A stretch of 64,000 nucleotides of DNA, taken from NCBI GenBank assembly GCA_001724025.1, contig MEDJ01000007.1, positions 18,595 through 82,594 on the forward strand. The letters are read 5' to 3'. A program made the translations under genes and the position numbers. Shown here in pieces: positions 52,984 through 62,773 of the stretch; position 1 is the stretch's first letter; the number at the start of each line of letters is the position of its first letter. A model generated the notes under the pieces. The model was not told the origin of the DNA and ran no database searches. It worked only from the letters and a program-made list of their open reading frames with translations. The DNA is from Acidobacteria bacterium SCN 69-37 (GTDB lineage: Bacteria > Acidobacteriota > Vicinamibacteria > Vicinamibacterales > SCN-69-37).

Positions 52984-53021
52984 GAGGCGGGGAGGCGGCA
53001 GGCGGGGAGAAGGCTGGGAGG
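52984..53021. repeat. purine-rich repeat sharing its 5' end with 49081..; no complementary arm
   Basis: GAGGCGGGGAGGCGGCAGGCGGGGAGAAGGCTGGGAGG fills the whole gap between the convergent PD40 and rdgB stops. Confidence 0.75.
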
Positions 53022-53666
53022 CTACGGGCGGTGGGCCACCTCGAGCCACGCCCTGAACGCGCGGAACGCGGCGCCGCGGTGCGAGACTTCCCGCTTGCGC
53101 GCGAGGTCGACTTCGCCGAGGGTCTGGTCGAACGGCGGATAGAAGAAGATCGGGTCGTAACCGAACCCGTGCGTGCCGCGCGGCTCGTCGGTAATCAGTC
53201 CCTCGACGATGCCGTCGCTGGTGAATGGCGGTGGGATGGCGGCGGGATCGACCGCGTCCGGCGTCGGCACGACGAACGCGAGCGCACAGACGTAGCGCGC
53301 GGTCCATGGGCGCGCGTGCGGGGCGAGTTCGGCGTAGAGGCGCTGGAATTTCTCGGGATATGTGGCGCCGGGATAGCGCGCGCTGTGCACGCCGGGACGG
53401 CCGCCGAGCGCGTCGATGGCCAGGCCGGAGTCTTCGGCAACGGTCGGCAGTCCGGTGGCGTAAGCATAGGCACGCGCCTTGATCAGGGCATTGTCCGCGA
53501 ACGTCCGACCCGTTTCTTCCGGTTCGGGCGGGACCGTCGGCAGGTCGGCCAGCGTCGAGAGTGACAGGGGCAGGCCAGCCAGCACGTCGAGGATTTCGCG
53601 GATCTTGCCGGCGTTGGTGGTGGCAATGAGCAGAGGAGACGTCGTGATCGCGGGCACGTTCGACAT
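53022..53666 (-). CDS. rdgB: dITP/XTP pyrophosphatase (Ham1/RdgB)
   Basis: LLIATTNAGKIREI, EETGRTFADNALIKA, AEDSGL, FGYDPIF motifs. Internal ATG at 53666. Confidence 0.95.
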   Translation of the reverse strand: MSNVPAITTSPLLIATTNAGKIREILDVLAGLPLSLSTLADLPTVPPEPEETGRTFADNALIKARAYAYATGLPTVAEDSGLAIDALGGRPGVHSARYPGATYPEKFQRLYAELAPHARPWTARYVCALAFVVPTPDAVDPAAIPPPFTSDGIVEGLITDEPRGTHGFGYDPIFFYPPFDQTLGEVDLARKREVSHRGAAFRAFRAWLEVAHRP

Positions 53667-53726
53667 GATGCACCAGCCGCGCGCGGATCGACGGGCGACC
53701 GTCGGCGGCCGTCGCGGGGATCGCGC

Positions 53727-56423
53727 GTGAGGCGCGGGCATCGCCTGCCGTCCTGGCTGATTGGCGTGCTGGGCGTTGGCGCGCTCGTGACCGGGGCCTC
53801 GGCACAGTCGCTCGTCCGTCCTGCGACCGAAGGCGTCGTCTCGCCGTGGGATCCGATCTTCGCCGTGCAGGATCCGGCGCCCGAGGCACCCGAGACCCCG
53901 GAGGCGTCACCGGCACCGCCCGCGACAGCGGCCCCCATGCCCGGACCCGGGCGCGGCGGACGCGGTCAGCGCACCTACGCGCAGCTGCGTACCGAGGCGC
54001 GTCGCGACGACGGGCTCTTCACCGTGTATCGCGTGGACGACGCCGTCTACTTCGAGATCCCGACATCGCAGCTCGGCCGGGACCTGCTGTGGGTCACCAC
54101 GCTGAAAAGGAACACGATCGGCGCCGGCTACGGCGGCGATCCGGTGGCCGACCGTGTCGTGCGGTGGGAACGGCAGGGCAGCCGCGTGTTCCTGCGGATT
54201 GTCGACTACAGCGTGGTGGCCGATCCGGCCGAGCCGATCGCGCGGGCGGTGGCCGATGCGAACGTGCCGGCCATCGTCCGTGCGTTCCCCGTGCTGATGA
54301 CCGGCGAGGACGACGCGCCGATCATCGACGTCACGGCGCTGCTGCTCGGCGAGATTGCGGAGTTCTCGCCGCGTGCCCGGCTCGGTGCGCGCGGCATGGA
54401 TCAGAGCCGGTCGTATCTCGAGAAGGTCGTCGCCTATCCGCAGAACATCAACGTGCAGGTCACGCAGACCTACACGGCCGGGGCGCCGGCGACCGCGGCA
54501 GCCGCGGGCCGGGCCGGCATGCGGGGCGCGAGCGGCACGGTGACGGTGTTCCACAGCCTCGTGACGCTGCCGGACACGCCGATGTCGCCGCGCCTGTTCG
54601 ACTCGCGCGTCGGCTACTTCACGACGACGGCCTGGGATTACGGGCGCGCGGAACCACGCGCCGTCCGGCGGCAGTACATCACGCGGCACCGGCTCGAGAA
54701 GCAGGATCCGGACGCGGCGGTGTCGGCGCCCGTGCGGCCGATCGTCTACTACGTCGATCCCGCCACGCCGGCGAAGTTCGTGCCGTACGTGCGCCAGGGC
54801 ATCGAGGACTGGCGCGGAGCGCTGGAGGCTGCCGGATTCCGCGAGGCGATCGTCGCGAGGGACGCGCCGACGCCGGCCGAGGATCCGGACTGGGATCCGG
54901 AAGACGTCCGCTATGCGGTCGTGCGCTGGCTGCCGTCGACGCTCGAGAACGCGCAGGGCCCGCGCATCATCGATCCACGCAGCGGCGAGATCCTGGATGC
55001 CGACGTGCTGGTGTATCACAACATCCAGCACCTCGCGTCGATGTGGTACATCACGCAGGTCGGCGCGCTCGATCCGCGTGTCCAGCGTCTGCCGCTGCCC
55101 GACGACCTGGTCGGGGAACTGGTCCGCGGCATCGTGGCGCACGAGATCGGGCACACGCTCGGCCTGCGCCACAACATGCGCGCGAGTTCGCTCTACACGA
55201 TCGATCAGATCCGCGACCCCGCGTGGGTGCGCGAACACGGGCACACGCCGAGCCTCATGGACTACGCCCGCTTCAACTACGTGGCGCAGCCCGAGGACGG
55301 GATTGCCGTCGAGGATCTGGTGCCGAAGATCGGGCCCTACGATCGGTGGGCCGTGCGGTGGGGCTATGCGCCGATCGTCGCGGCGCGCACGCCGGACGAG
55401 GAGCGCTCGACGCTCGACGCCTGGGCCCGCGAGCAGGAGACGACGCCGCACCTGCGGTTCATGACGTCGGGCGAGCCAGAGCAGGCGCCGTTCCCGTTCG
55501 ACCCGGGTCAGCAGCGCGAGGCGGTGGGCGACAGCGATCCCGTGCGCGCGACGACGCTCGGCCTGCGCAATCTCCAGCGGATCACGGCACGGCTCGTGAC
55601 GATTGCCTCGCGTCCGGCTGAGCCGTGGGACGATCTGCGCGAGCTCTACGGCCGCGTGGTCGCGCAGTGGCGCCTGGAACTCGGGCACGTCAGCGCGGTG
55701 GTCGGCGGCACCGATTCGCACGAGTTGCACGTCGGGCAGCCGGGTCTGCGGTTCCAGCCGGTGTCGCGCGCTCGGCAGGCCGAGGCCGTCGCGTTCCTGC
55801 TCGAGCACGGGTTCCGCACGCCGGCGTTCCTGGTGCCGCCCGACCTGCTGCGGCTGATCGAGCCGTCGGGCGTGGTCTCGCGCGTGGCCGTGGCGCAGGC
55901 GTCGCTGATGAACGCGCTGCTCCAGCCCGCGCGGCTCGAGCGGATGATCGAGCAGGCGGTGATCGATCCGACGACCTACACGCCGCTGCAGTTGCTGACC
56001 GATCTGCGCGCGGGGCTGTGGCGTGAGCTGGAGACGCCCGTCACGCCTGTCGATCTGTATCGGCGCAACGTCCAGCGCGTCTATCTCGACACGATCGACG
56101 CGCGGTTGAACACGGGCACGCCGAACGCCGAGGTGCGCGCCCTGCTGCGCGGGGAACTCCGTCTGCTCGATCAGCAGGTCGGTCGGGCCCTGCCGGCCGT
56201 CACGGACGTGGCGACGCGGCGCCACCTGCAGGACGTGCGCGAGACGATCGCGACCATCCTCGACCCGCGCGCCATGCGGCCGCGCGGCCCCGCGGGCGCG
56301 GCGCCTGCCGGCCGCGGCGGCCAGGCTCTGACGATGTTGACGTCGACCGGGCTGTACGACGAGGCAGCCGACCCGTTCCTCTCGGCGATCGACGCCTGCT
56401 GGCCGGATTTCCGCATCGACTGA
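53727..56423 (+). CDS. secreted zinc-dependent metalloprotease (DUF5117/DUF4953 type)
   Basis: Signal peptide. HEIGHTLGLRHN zinc motif followed by SLMDY. About 900 aa, typical of this family. GTG start. Confidence 0.9.
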   Translation: MRRGHRLPSWLIGVLGVGALVTGASAQSLVRPATEGVVSPWDPIFAVQDPAPEAPETPEASPAPPATAAPMPGPGRGGRGQRTYAQLRTEARRDDGLFTVYRVDDAVYFEIPTSQLGRDLLWVTTLKRNTIGAGYGGDPVADRVVRWERQGSRVFLRIVDYSVVADPAEPIARAVADANVPAIVRAFPVLMTGEDDAPIIDVTALLLGEIAEFSPRARLGARGMDQSRSYLEKVVAYPQNINVQVTQTYTAGAPATAAAAGRAGMRGASGTVTVFHSLVTLPDTPMSPRLFDSRVGYFTTTAWDYGRAEPRAVRRQYITRHRLEKQDPDAAVSAPVRPIVYYVDPATPAKFVPYVRQGIEDWRGALEAAGFREAIVARDAPTPAEDPDWDPEDVRYAVVRWLPSTLENAQGPRIIDPRSGEILDADVLVYHNIQHLASMWYITQVGALDPRVQRLPLPDDLVGELVRGIVAHEIGHTLGLRHNMRASSLYTIDQIRDPAWVREHGHTPSLMDYARFNYVAQPEDGIAVEDLVPKIGPYDRWAVRWGYAPIVAARTPDEERSTLDAWAREQETTPHLRFMTSGEPEQAPFPFDPGQQREAVGDSDPVRATTLGLRNLQRITARLVTIASRPAEPWDDLRELYGRVVAQWRLELGHVSAVVGGTDSHELHVGQPGLRFQPVSRARQAEAVAFLLEHGFRTPAFLVPPDLLRLIEPSGVVSRVAVAQASLMNALLQPARLERMIEQAVIDPTTYTPLQLLTDLRAGLWRELETPVTPVDLYRRNVQRVYLDTIDARLNTGTPNAEVRALLRGELRLLDQQVGRALPAVTDVATRRHLQDVRETIATILDPRAMRPRGPAGAAPAGRGGQALTMLTSTGLYDEAADPFLSAIDACWPDFRID

Positions 56424-56429
56424 TCGGCG

Positions 56430-56543
56430 TTCTGCCGGAGCGCCTGGGATCGGTCGGATTTCTGCCGGAGCCCTGGGGCTTCAGCCCCAGGGAGATATGC
56501 AGCGGCTGAGTGTTCCCCCGGGGCTGAAGCCCCGGGGCTCCGA
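56430..56543. repeat. REP1 cluster (partial tandem unit plus double hairpin)
   Basis: TTCTGCCGGAGCGCCTGGGATCGGTCGGA, then TTTCTGCCGGAGCCCTGGGGC-TTCA-GCCCCAGGG ... CCCCGGGGC-TGAA-GCCCCGGGGCTCCGA. It lies between the convergent metalloprotease and rph genes. Confidence 0.9.
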
Positions 56544-56624
56544 AGAGCATCTGCGGCTCCGCAATGGTCGGCAGTCCGCGGCCGCGCCGCCGTGCCGCCG
56601 CCGCGTTGCGGCCGCGCCGCCGCT

Positions 56625-57350
56625 CTACACGATGTGCCCCACGACCTCGCGCTGCAGGCGGAACAGCGTTTCGATGCCGCGGTTGGCGAGGCCGAGCAGC
56701 GAGGCGAGCTCGTCCTGGTCGAACGGCTGCGTCTCGGCCGTGCCCTGCAGTTCGATGAACCGGCCGTCCGAGATCTTCACGACGTTCATGTCGACGTCGG
56801 CCTTCGAGTCCTCGTCGTAGGCCAGGTCCAGCAGCGGTGTACCGCCGACGACCCCGACGCTCGTGGCCGCGACGTAGTGGGTGATCGGCACGCGCACCAG
56901 CAGGCCGCGATCGCGCAGCCGGCCCAGCGCCAGCGCGAGCGCGACGAAGCCGCCGGTGATCGCCGCCGTGCGCGTCCCGCCGTCGGCCTGGATGACGTCG
57001 CAGTCGATCCAGATCGTCCGCTCGCCCAGGTCGACCATGTTCACGACCGCGCGCAGGGACCGGCCGATCAGCCGCTGGATTTCCTGCGTCCGTCCGCCCA
57101 CCTTGCCCGATGCGGCCTCGCGCGTGCTGCGCGTGTGCGTGGCGCGCGGCAGCATGCCGTATTCGGCCGTCACCCAGCCCTTGCCGGCGCCGCGCAGGAA
57201 GGGCGGCACCCGCTCCTCGACCGAGGCCGTGCAGATGACCTTCGTCCGGCCGACCTCGATGAGGACCGACCCTTCGGCGTGGACCGTGAAATCAGGCGTG
57301 ATGCGGGTGGGGCGTACCGCATCTGCGGTCCGGCCGTCGAGTCGAATCAT
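56625..57350 (-). CDS. rph: ribonuclease PH
   Basis: [43 protein letters not shown] ... [17 protein letters not shown] is an unmistakable RNase PH pattern. Confidence 0.97.
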   Translation of the reverse strand: MIRLDGRTADAVRPTRITPDFTVHAEGSVLIEVGRTKVICTASVEERVPPFLRGAGKGWVTAEYGMLPRATHTRSTREAASGKVGGRTQEIQRLIGRSLRAVVNMVDLGERTIWIDCDVIQADGGTRTAAITGGFVALALALGRLRDRGLLVRVPITHYVAATSVGVVGGTPLLDLAYDEDSKADVDMNVVKISDGRFIELQGTAETQPFDQDELASLLGLANRGIETLFRLQREVVGHIV

Positions 57351-58027
57351 GGGGGCGTGGGTCCTTTCTGAATCCAGTCGGTCGCGCGGCCGAGCGGCGC
57401 GCGCAGGTCGATGTGTCCGCGGAGGCTGTCGACCTCGTGCCCGTCGACGAGGATCTGCACGGTCGTCACCTCGGGCAGATTCACGGTCAGCACGTTGACC
57501 AGCGTGTAGACGGTCAGGGCCTCGTCGAGCGATCCGCCCGGGTGACCGGACACGATCGCGCCGCCGAGGTCCACGTATGCCTCACGCGCGTCGGTGAGAA
57601 ATACCTCGTGCACGGTCGTGCCTGCGGGAATGGCCGAGACGAGCCCCTCGGGGGGCGTGGCCAGCTGGGCCTCGATCAGCAGGCGTGCCTGCTCGACGGG
57701 GGTGTTGCCGTATGCCACGTTGCGGCTCGTGGGCGCGAGGCTGACCCCGTCCTCGGCCACGTAGAAGAGCGTGGCCTGGATGCGGCGGGCTTCCTCGGTC
57801 GTGGCCGCGGTCTCCTCGACCGACGACCCCGGCACGTCCGGCTGCGTCAGCCAGCGGGGCAGGCCCGTGCTGACGAGCCACAGTCCGACCAGCAACGCAC
57901 CGCCGCCAAGGACGACGGCCGCCCAGCGCACACCGTGAGGCTTCGCCGCCTCCGGGGGCGGCGCGGCAGGGGCGGGCGCCGACGGCGGATCCTGATACGT
58001 GTCGTAGTCGTCGCCGCCGATCGTCAT
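57347..58027 (-). CDS. GerMN domain-containing membrane-anchored protein
   Basis: N-terminal TM helix ([17 protein letters not shown]), then a GerMN-like region (TLFYVAEDG ... AYVDLG ... [26 protein letters not shown]). ATGA overlaps on both sides. Confidence 0.8.
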   Translation of the reverse strand: MTIGGDDYDTYQDPPSAPAPAAPPPEAAKPHGVRWAAVVLGGGALLVGLWLVSTGLPRWLTQPDVPGSSVEETAATTEEARRIQATLFYVAEDGVSLAPTSRNVAYGNTPVEQARLLIEAQLATPPEGLVSAIPAGTTVHEVFLTDAREAYVDLGGAIVSGHPGGSLDEALTVYTLVNVLTVNLPEVTTVQILVDGHEVDSLRGHIDLRAPLGRATDWIQKGPTPP

Positions 58028-59508
58028 TGGCCCTCCGCGGGCACGCGAATGCCCTGCCGGATGTCGGCAATGGTCGCGAGAATCGCGTCGATGATCGGGG
58101 CGCGACGTTCGGCGGTGCCCAGGGCCCGTTCGTCGGCGGGATTCGAGAGCATCCCTAGATCGATCATCACCGCCGGCATGTTCGCGCCGACGAGGGGCCG
58201 GAGCGGCAGTTCGGTGGTCGGCAGGGCGAGCAGCGGCAGGCCGGCGGCCGCCAGGTGCTGTCGCAGGATGTCGGCCACTGCGTGCGACTGGCGCGTGAAG
58301 CCGATCTGCGCGCGATCCCAGGGCAGCACGTCGATCAGGCGCGTGCCGCCGCCAATCACGGTGACCGGCATGGCCCCGTCGATCGCGCCGTCGACGCGGC
58401 CGTAGTCGTCGAGGCGCAGCGAGAGCACCTGCAGGCCGCTCAGGCTGGCGCGCGGCGACGTGCTCGCGTGCAGGCTGATGAAGAGGTCGGCCTTGTTGTT
58501 GTTGGCCAGCGCGGCGCGCCGATCGAGCGGCACGTCCTCGTCGCCGTCGCGCGTCAGCACGACGCGCAGCCCGATGCGGCTTTCAATCGCGGCCTTCAAC
58601 TGCCGGCCGACCGCGAGCACCAGATCCTTCTCGGCCGTGCCGGCGCCGCCCACGGCACCGCGGTCCTCGCCGCCGTGCCCGGGATCGATCACCACCGTGC
58701 GCAGCACGCCGGGGGTCGCGAAGTCGATGGCCGGCGGTGGACCCGGCTCGACCGTGACCGGCAGGGGCGCGGGCGGCGGCGGTCCCGGCGGCAGCAGATC
58801 GATGTGCAGCTGCGTCGGCCCTCGCTCGTCCACGCGGTAGCCGGCAACCGAGGGACCGAGATCGATCTGCAGGGCCGCGCCCTCGGTACGGACGCCCGTG
58901 ACGAACTCGGCGGGCAGATCGACGGGCGGTGACGTGTCGAGGGCCACGGCGTCGAAGCGCACGGTGAGGCGATTGGCCTGACGCGTCACCTGGACCGGCG
59001 TGCCCGGCTGGATGTTGATGATCAGCCGGCCGGCCGGCCCCTGTCGCTCGAAGTGCACCGCCACCTGCGGCAGCCGCACGTCCCCGACGATGATGACGTG
59101 GCTCGGGCGTCGCACCTCGATGCGCGTGCCGAGCGCCGGTGCCACGGCCAGGCGCAGGAAATCGACGGGAACCTGCCAGTTGTTGCCGTCACGTTCGATC
59201 GGGGCCGGCAGCGACACGATGCGGCCGGGACCGATGGAGGCGAACGACTGGCCGGGAATCAGCAGGATGGTCTGGCCGCGGCCCCGCACCGTGAGTCCGC
59301 CGACGAGTGCGTCCTCGGCCAGCTGCAGCCCGAACAGTGTGGCGACCTGCTGCAGCGAGACGAAGTCCACGTTGCCCGTGGTGCGGAACGGCAGCGAGCG
59401 CGGACCGTCCGACGCGTAAATCGTGTACGCACTGCCCTGCGATGACGGCCGCGCGGCCGTGAGGAGAAGGGCGGCCACGCTGAGCACCACCGCGAGCGGG
59501 CGGATCAC
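58024..59508 (-). CDS. N-acetylmuramoyl-L-alanine amidase (Amidase_3) with AMIN-like N-terminal domains
   Basis: VVIDPGHGGEDRGA ... EKDLVLAV ... ADLFISLHAS. Probable GTG start at 59508 (VIRPLAVVLSVAALLLTAA signal). Confidence 0.9.
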   Translation of the reverse strand: MIRPLAVVLSVAALLLTAARPSSQGSAYTIYASDGPRSLPFRTTGNVDFVSLQQVATLFGLQLAEDALVGGLTVRGRGQTILLIPGQSFASIGPGRIVSLPAPIERDGNNWQVPVDFLRLAVAPALGTRIEVRRPSHVIIVGDVRLPQVAVHFERQGPAGRLIINIQPGTPVQVTRQANRLTVRFDAVALDTSPPVDLPAEFVTGVRTEGAALQIDLGPSVAGYRVDERGPTQLHIDLLPPGPPPPAPLPVTVEPGPPPAIDFATPGVLRTVVIDPGHGGEDRGAVGGAGTAEKDLVLAVGRQLKAAIESRIGLRVVLTRDGDEDVPLDRRAALANNNKADLFISLHASTSPRASLSGLQVLSLRLDDYGRVDGAIDGAMPVTVIGGGTRLIDVLPWDRAQIGFTRQSHAVADILRQHLAAAGLPLLALPTTELPLRPLVGANMPAVMIDLGMLSNPADERALGTAERRAPIIDAILATIADIRQGIRVPAEGQ

Positions 59509-59566
59509 GAGGCGGAGCGGACCGGTGAGCGACAACGGCCCATCATAGCAAGGGCGCGGCAGCCAA

Positions 59567-61051
59567 TCAGCGCGTCTGGTGCGCCGCTCGCGTGGTGGCC
59601 GGTTCGATGACCAGGCCGGCCACGGCCACCGCTGCTGCCGCCGCCACGAGCAGCGGTGCGGAAGGGCCGTCGGCGCGTGCCGCGGCGATGCCGGCCACGA
59701 GCAGCACGGTCGCGAACACGACGTCGGCTCTGCGGATCCACGGACGGGCGCGCTGCTGCTGCACCGGCGACTGATCGGCATACTGTCGCGCGGTGAACCA
59801 GAGGTGGAGGCGCAACGCACCGGCGACGACCGCCGCGATCAGCCCGGCGAGGAACAGCGGCACGCCGAGGGTGCCGGCCGACGGTCTCGACGCCCAGAGC
59901 GGCGCGAGCAGCAGGACGTAGCTGATCGTCGCCGCAGCCTGATGGAACTGCCACCACCAGAACGCTCCGGCGCGGGGCGTGGGCGCTGGCTCGGAGGCGG
60001 TCGGGTCGACGCGCGATAGAGCGGCGGCCAGTGCGGCTGCATCGGCGTACCGGTGCTCGGGCTGCTTCTGCAGGCAGCGGGCGATGACCGTCGTCACGCG
60101 GTCCCAGCGGTCGTCCGGATCCGGCGTGGGCCGGGCGAGCGGCGCCGGAGCCGCCTCGAGAATGCGCGCGAGCGTGGCCGCCGGCGTGCGCGCGAGGAAC
60201 GGGTGCGTGCCCGCGATCAACTCGTGCAGCAGGATGCCGAGCGCGAACTGATCGGCGCGCGCGTCCACGCCGCGCCCGCGGATCTGCTCGGGCGACATGT
60301 ACGCCGGCGTGCCGAGCACCGCCCCGTCGCCCGTCAGCGGGGCGCCGGCATGGTCGACGGTCAGCGCCAGGCCGAAGTCGAGGATCTTCAGGCGGCCGTC
60401 GGGCGTGCGGACGATGTTCTCGGGCTTGAGGTCGCGATGGACGATGCCGCGTGCGTGTGCCACGGCAAGCGCGCGGGCCAGCGTGGCCACGAGATCGACG
60501 GCCTCGGCCACGGGCAGCGGGCCACGCGCGAGCCTCTCGCGCAGCGTCTCGCCCTCGACGTATTCGCTCACCATGTACAACTGCCCGTCGAATTCCTCGA
60601 GCGCGTGGACCGTGGCGATGGTGGGGTGGACGAACGATGCGGCGATGCGCGCCTCGCGCCGCAGGCGCTCGATCCGATCCCGATCGCCCGAGGCCGCCGG
60701 GGCCACGGCCTTGAGCGCCACGCGCCGGCCCAGGCGACCATCTTCGGCCAGGTAGACGACGCCCATGCCGCCGGCGCCGATGACCTCGAGGATTCGGTAC
60801 TGGCCGAGCGTGACGGCGGGTCGCAGGGCCGCCGTATCCGCGCCGCCACGGCCGGGATCCGGCGGGTGGCTCAGGACGCCGTCCGCGTGCGCGTGGACGC
60901 GCAGCAGCGATGCGACCTCGTCGTGCAGCGCGCGGTCGTCGCCGCAGATCGCCACGAGCCAGGCCGGGCGATCGGCCTCGCGCACCGACAGCGCGCGCTC
61001 GAAGAGATCGGCGATGCGCGCCCAGCGGTGCGGGTCGAGCGGCGTCGTCAC
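59567..61051 (-). CDS. serine/threonine protein kinase with C-terminal multi-TM region
   Basis: GAGGMGVVY, VALKAV, HRDLKPENI, DFGLA, GTPAYMSPE. The C-terminus has about 4 TM helices. ATGA overlap with the sigma factor gene. Confidence 0.95.
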   Translation of the reverse strand: MTTPLDPHRWARIADLFERALSVREADRPAWLVAICGDDRALHDEVASLLRVHAHADGVLSHPPDPGRGGADTAALRPAVTLGQYRILEVIGAGGMGVVYLAEDGRLGRRVALKAVAPAASGDRDRIERLRREARIAASFVHPTIATVHALEEFDGQLYMVSEYVEGETLRERLARGPLPVAEAVDLVATLARALAVAHARGIVHRDLKPENIVRTPDGRLKILDFGLALTVDHAGAPLTGDGAVLGTPAYMSPEQIRGRGVDARADQFALGILLHELIAGTHPFLARTPAATLARILEAAPAPLARPTPDPDDRWDRVTTVIARCLQKQPEHRYADAAALAAALSRVDPTASEPAPTPRAGAFWWWQFHQAAATISYVLLLAPLWASRPSAGTLGVPLFLAGLIAAVVAGALRLHLWFTARQYADQSPVQQQRARPWIRRADVVFATVLLVAGIAAARADGPSAPLLVAAAAAVAVAGLVIEPATTRAAHQTR

Positions 61052-61578
61052 GCGGGCGCGGATCCTTCCATCTCGCGCAGCAGGAAGGCGCGCGCCACGG
61101 TCCAGTGGCGTTTCACGGTGGCGGGCGAGATGCCGAGCGCGGCGGCGGTCTCGTCCACGGACAGGCCGCCGAAGTAGCGCAGCTCGACGAGGCGCGCCTG
61201 GTCGGGAGCCACGGTGGCGAGTGTCGTCAGCGCGCGATCGAGCGCCAGCAGATCGATGTTCAGACCCGGGTGATCGCCCGCCAGCAGCGCATCGTCGAGT
61301 GTGACCTGTATCGGGCTGCCGCCGCGTTTGGCCGCGCCGCGCCGACGGGCGCGCTCGACGAGGAGGCGGCGCATCGCGATGGCCGCGAGCGCGATGACGT
61401 GCCCGCGATCCTGCACCGCGGGCAGAGACGACGAGGCCAGGCGCAGATAGGCCTCGTGGACCAGTTCGGTGGCCTGCACGCTGGCGAACCGCTCGCGCCG
61501 CACGTACGCGTCGGCCAGGCGCCGGAGCTCGTCGTAGACGTCAGCGAGCGACGGACCGACAGGGACCTCTTCTGACAC
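61048..61578 (-). CDS. ECF-type sigma-70 factor of the kinase-associated (TIGR02999-like) class
   Basis: LADVYDELRRLADAYVRRE ... ATELVHEAYLRL ... LVELRYFGGLSVDETAAALGISPATVKRHW. GTG start. Confidence 0.9.
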   Translation of the reverse strand: MSEEVPVGPSLADVYDELRRLADAYVRRERFASVQATELVHEAYLRLASSSLPAVQDRGHVIALAAIAMRRLLVERARRRGAAKRGGSPIQVTLDDALLAGDHPGLNIDLLALDRALTTLATVAPDQARLVELRYFGGLSVDETAAALGISPATVKRHWTVARAFLLREMEGSAPA

Positions 61579-61587
61579 GGTGGGGCA

Positions 61588-61593
61588 ATTATC
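61588..61593 (-). promoter_or_regulatory. -10-like hexamer GATAAT, 9 nt upstream of the sigma factor GTG
   Basis: Minus strand reads GCGATAATTGCCCCACCGTG. It shares ATAATTGCCC with the arsC-family promoter and overlaps the AraC stop codon. Confidence 0.35.
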
Positions 61594-62575
61594 GCCTGCC
61601 GGCGCCCGTGGGGATCAACGCGTCGGCGAACGACTGGCCGCGCCGGCGGAACCGCCCGGGCGCCATGCCGTGCCAGCGCTTGAAGGCCTTCGAGAACGCG
61701 GCGTCGGCGTCGTAGCCCACGCGCGCCGCCACCTCGCTCAGCGGCTGGTCCGTCGTCTGGAGCAGGCGGGTGGCGCGCGACATGCGCCAGCGCGTGAGGT
61801 AGGTCAGCGGCGGCTCGTCGACCAGTTCGCTGAAGCGGGCCGAGAACGCCGATCGCGACATGCCGACGCGGGAGGCCAGCGACTGCACGGTCCAGGGGGC
61901 GTCCGGGTGTTCGTGAATCAGCGCGAGGGCCCGGCCGATGTGCGGATCGACGAGCGCGCGCAGCCAGCTGCCCGTCGTGGCGGGCGACTGCGCCAGGTGC
62001 GTCCGGATCGCCTGTACGAGCAGCACGTCGACCAGGCGGCTGACGACCGTGGCGGCGCCGGGTTGATCCGACTGCATCTCGGACGCGATGAACTGCAGCG
62101 TCGTCTCGAGCCACGAGGCCGGGGAGACCTGCTCGCCGCGGACGTGGACGACGGGCGGCAGCGACCGCAGCAGCGGGTTGTGCGCCAGGTTGTCGACGTC
62201 GATACGGCCGCCGATCAGGTTCGTCAGCGCCCCGCCGCCCCCGTGGCGGAAGACCCCGCCGGGCCGGCAGTCCTGCGACCGGACCGCGGGCGTGATGACC
62301 GACAGGGCCGGGACGGTGGGCGACTCGGGGTGATCGCGCAGCGTCGCGGTCAGCGACGACGGGTGACACATCAGCACGAAATCGCCGCCGGCCAGCCATC
62401 GCACGTCCCCGTCGGAGGTCTCGAAGACGACCGATCCGCGGCTGACGACGAAGAAGCTCAGGCAGCATTCGGGCTTGGCATCGAACACCAGGCCCCAGGG
62501 GGCCGTCAAATCCAGACGGCCGAGCAGCACGTTCCTGGCATGAATGGACTCGAGGACATCGGTCAGTACGTCCAT
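61589..62575 (-). CDS. AraC-family transcriptional regulator with N-terminal cupin-like domain
   Basis: C-terminal double HTH (WTVQSLASRVGMSRSAFSARF ... YDADAAFSKAFKRWHGMAPGRFR). Confidence 0.9.
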   Translation of the reverse strand: MDVLTDVLESIHARNVLLGRLDLTAPWGLVFDAKPECCLSFFVVSRGSVVFETSDGDVRWLAGGDFVLMCHPSSLTATLRDHPESPTVPALSVITPAVRSQDCRPGGVFRHGGGGALTNLIGGRIDVDNLAHNPLLRSLPPVVHVRGEQVSPASWLETTLQFIASEMQSDQPGAATVVSRLVDVLLVQAIRTHLAQSPATTGSWLRALVDPHIGRALALIHEHPDAPWTVQSLASRVGMSRSAFSARFSELVDEPPLTYLTRWRMSRATRLLQTTDQPLSEVAARVGYDADAAFSKAFKRWHGMAPGRFRRRGQSFADALIPTGAGRR

Positions 62576-62773
62576 GACTGGGGCTCAGTGTCGCACGGCT
62601 TGTTCGGCCGTTCATCGTCTGTGGACGGGCGGGCATGAAAAATGGATTGAGAATCGTCATTCATCCAGCGTTTCGGGGCTAGACTGGATGGATACCGCGG
62701 ACCGACTCCTCCCGCGTGTCGACGCCCCTCACGGACACCGGGCCGGCCTGCCACCAAGGACCTCATTCGATTT

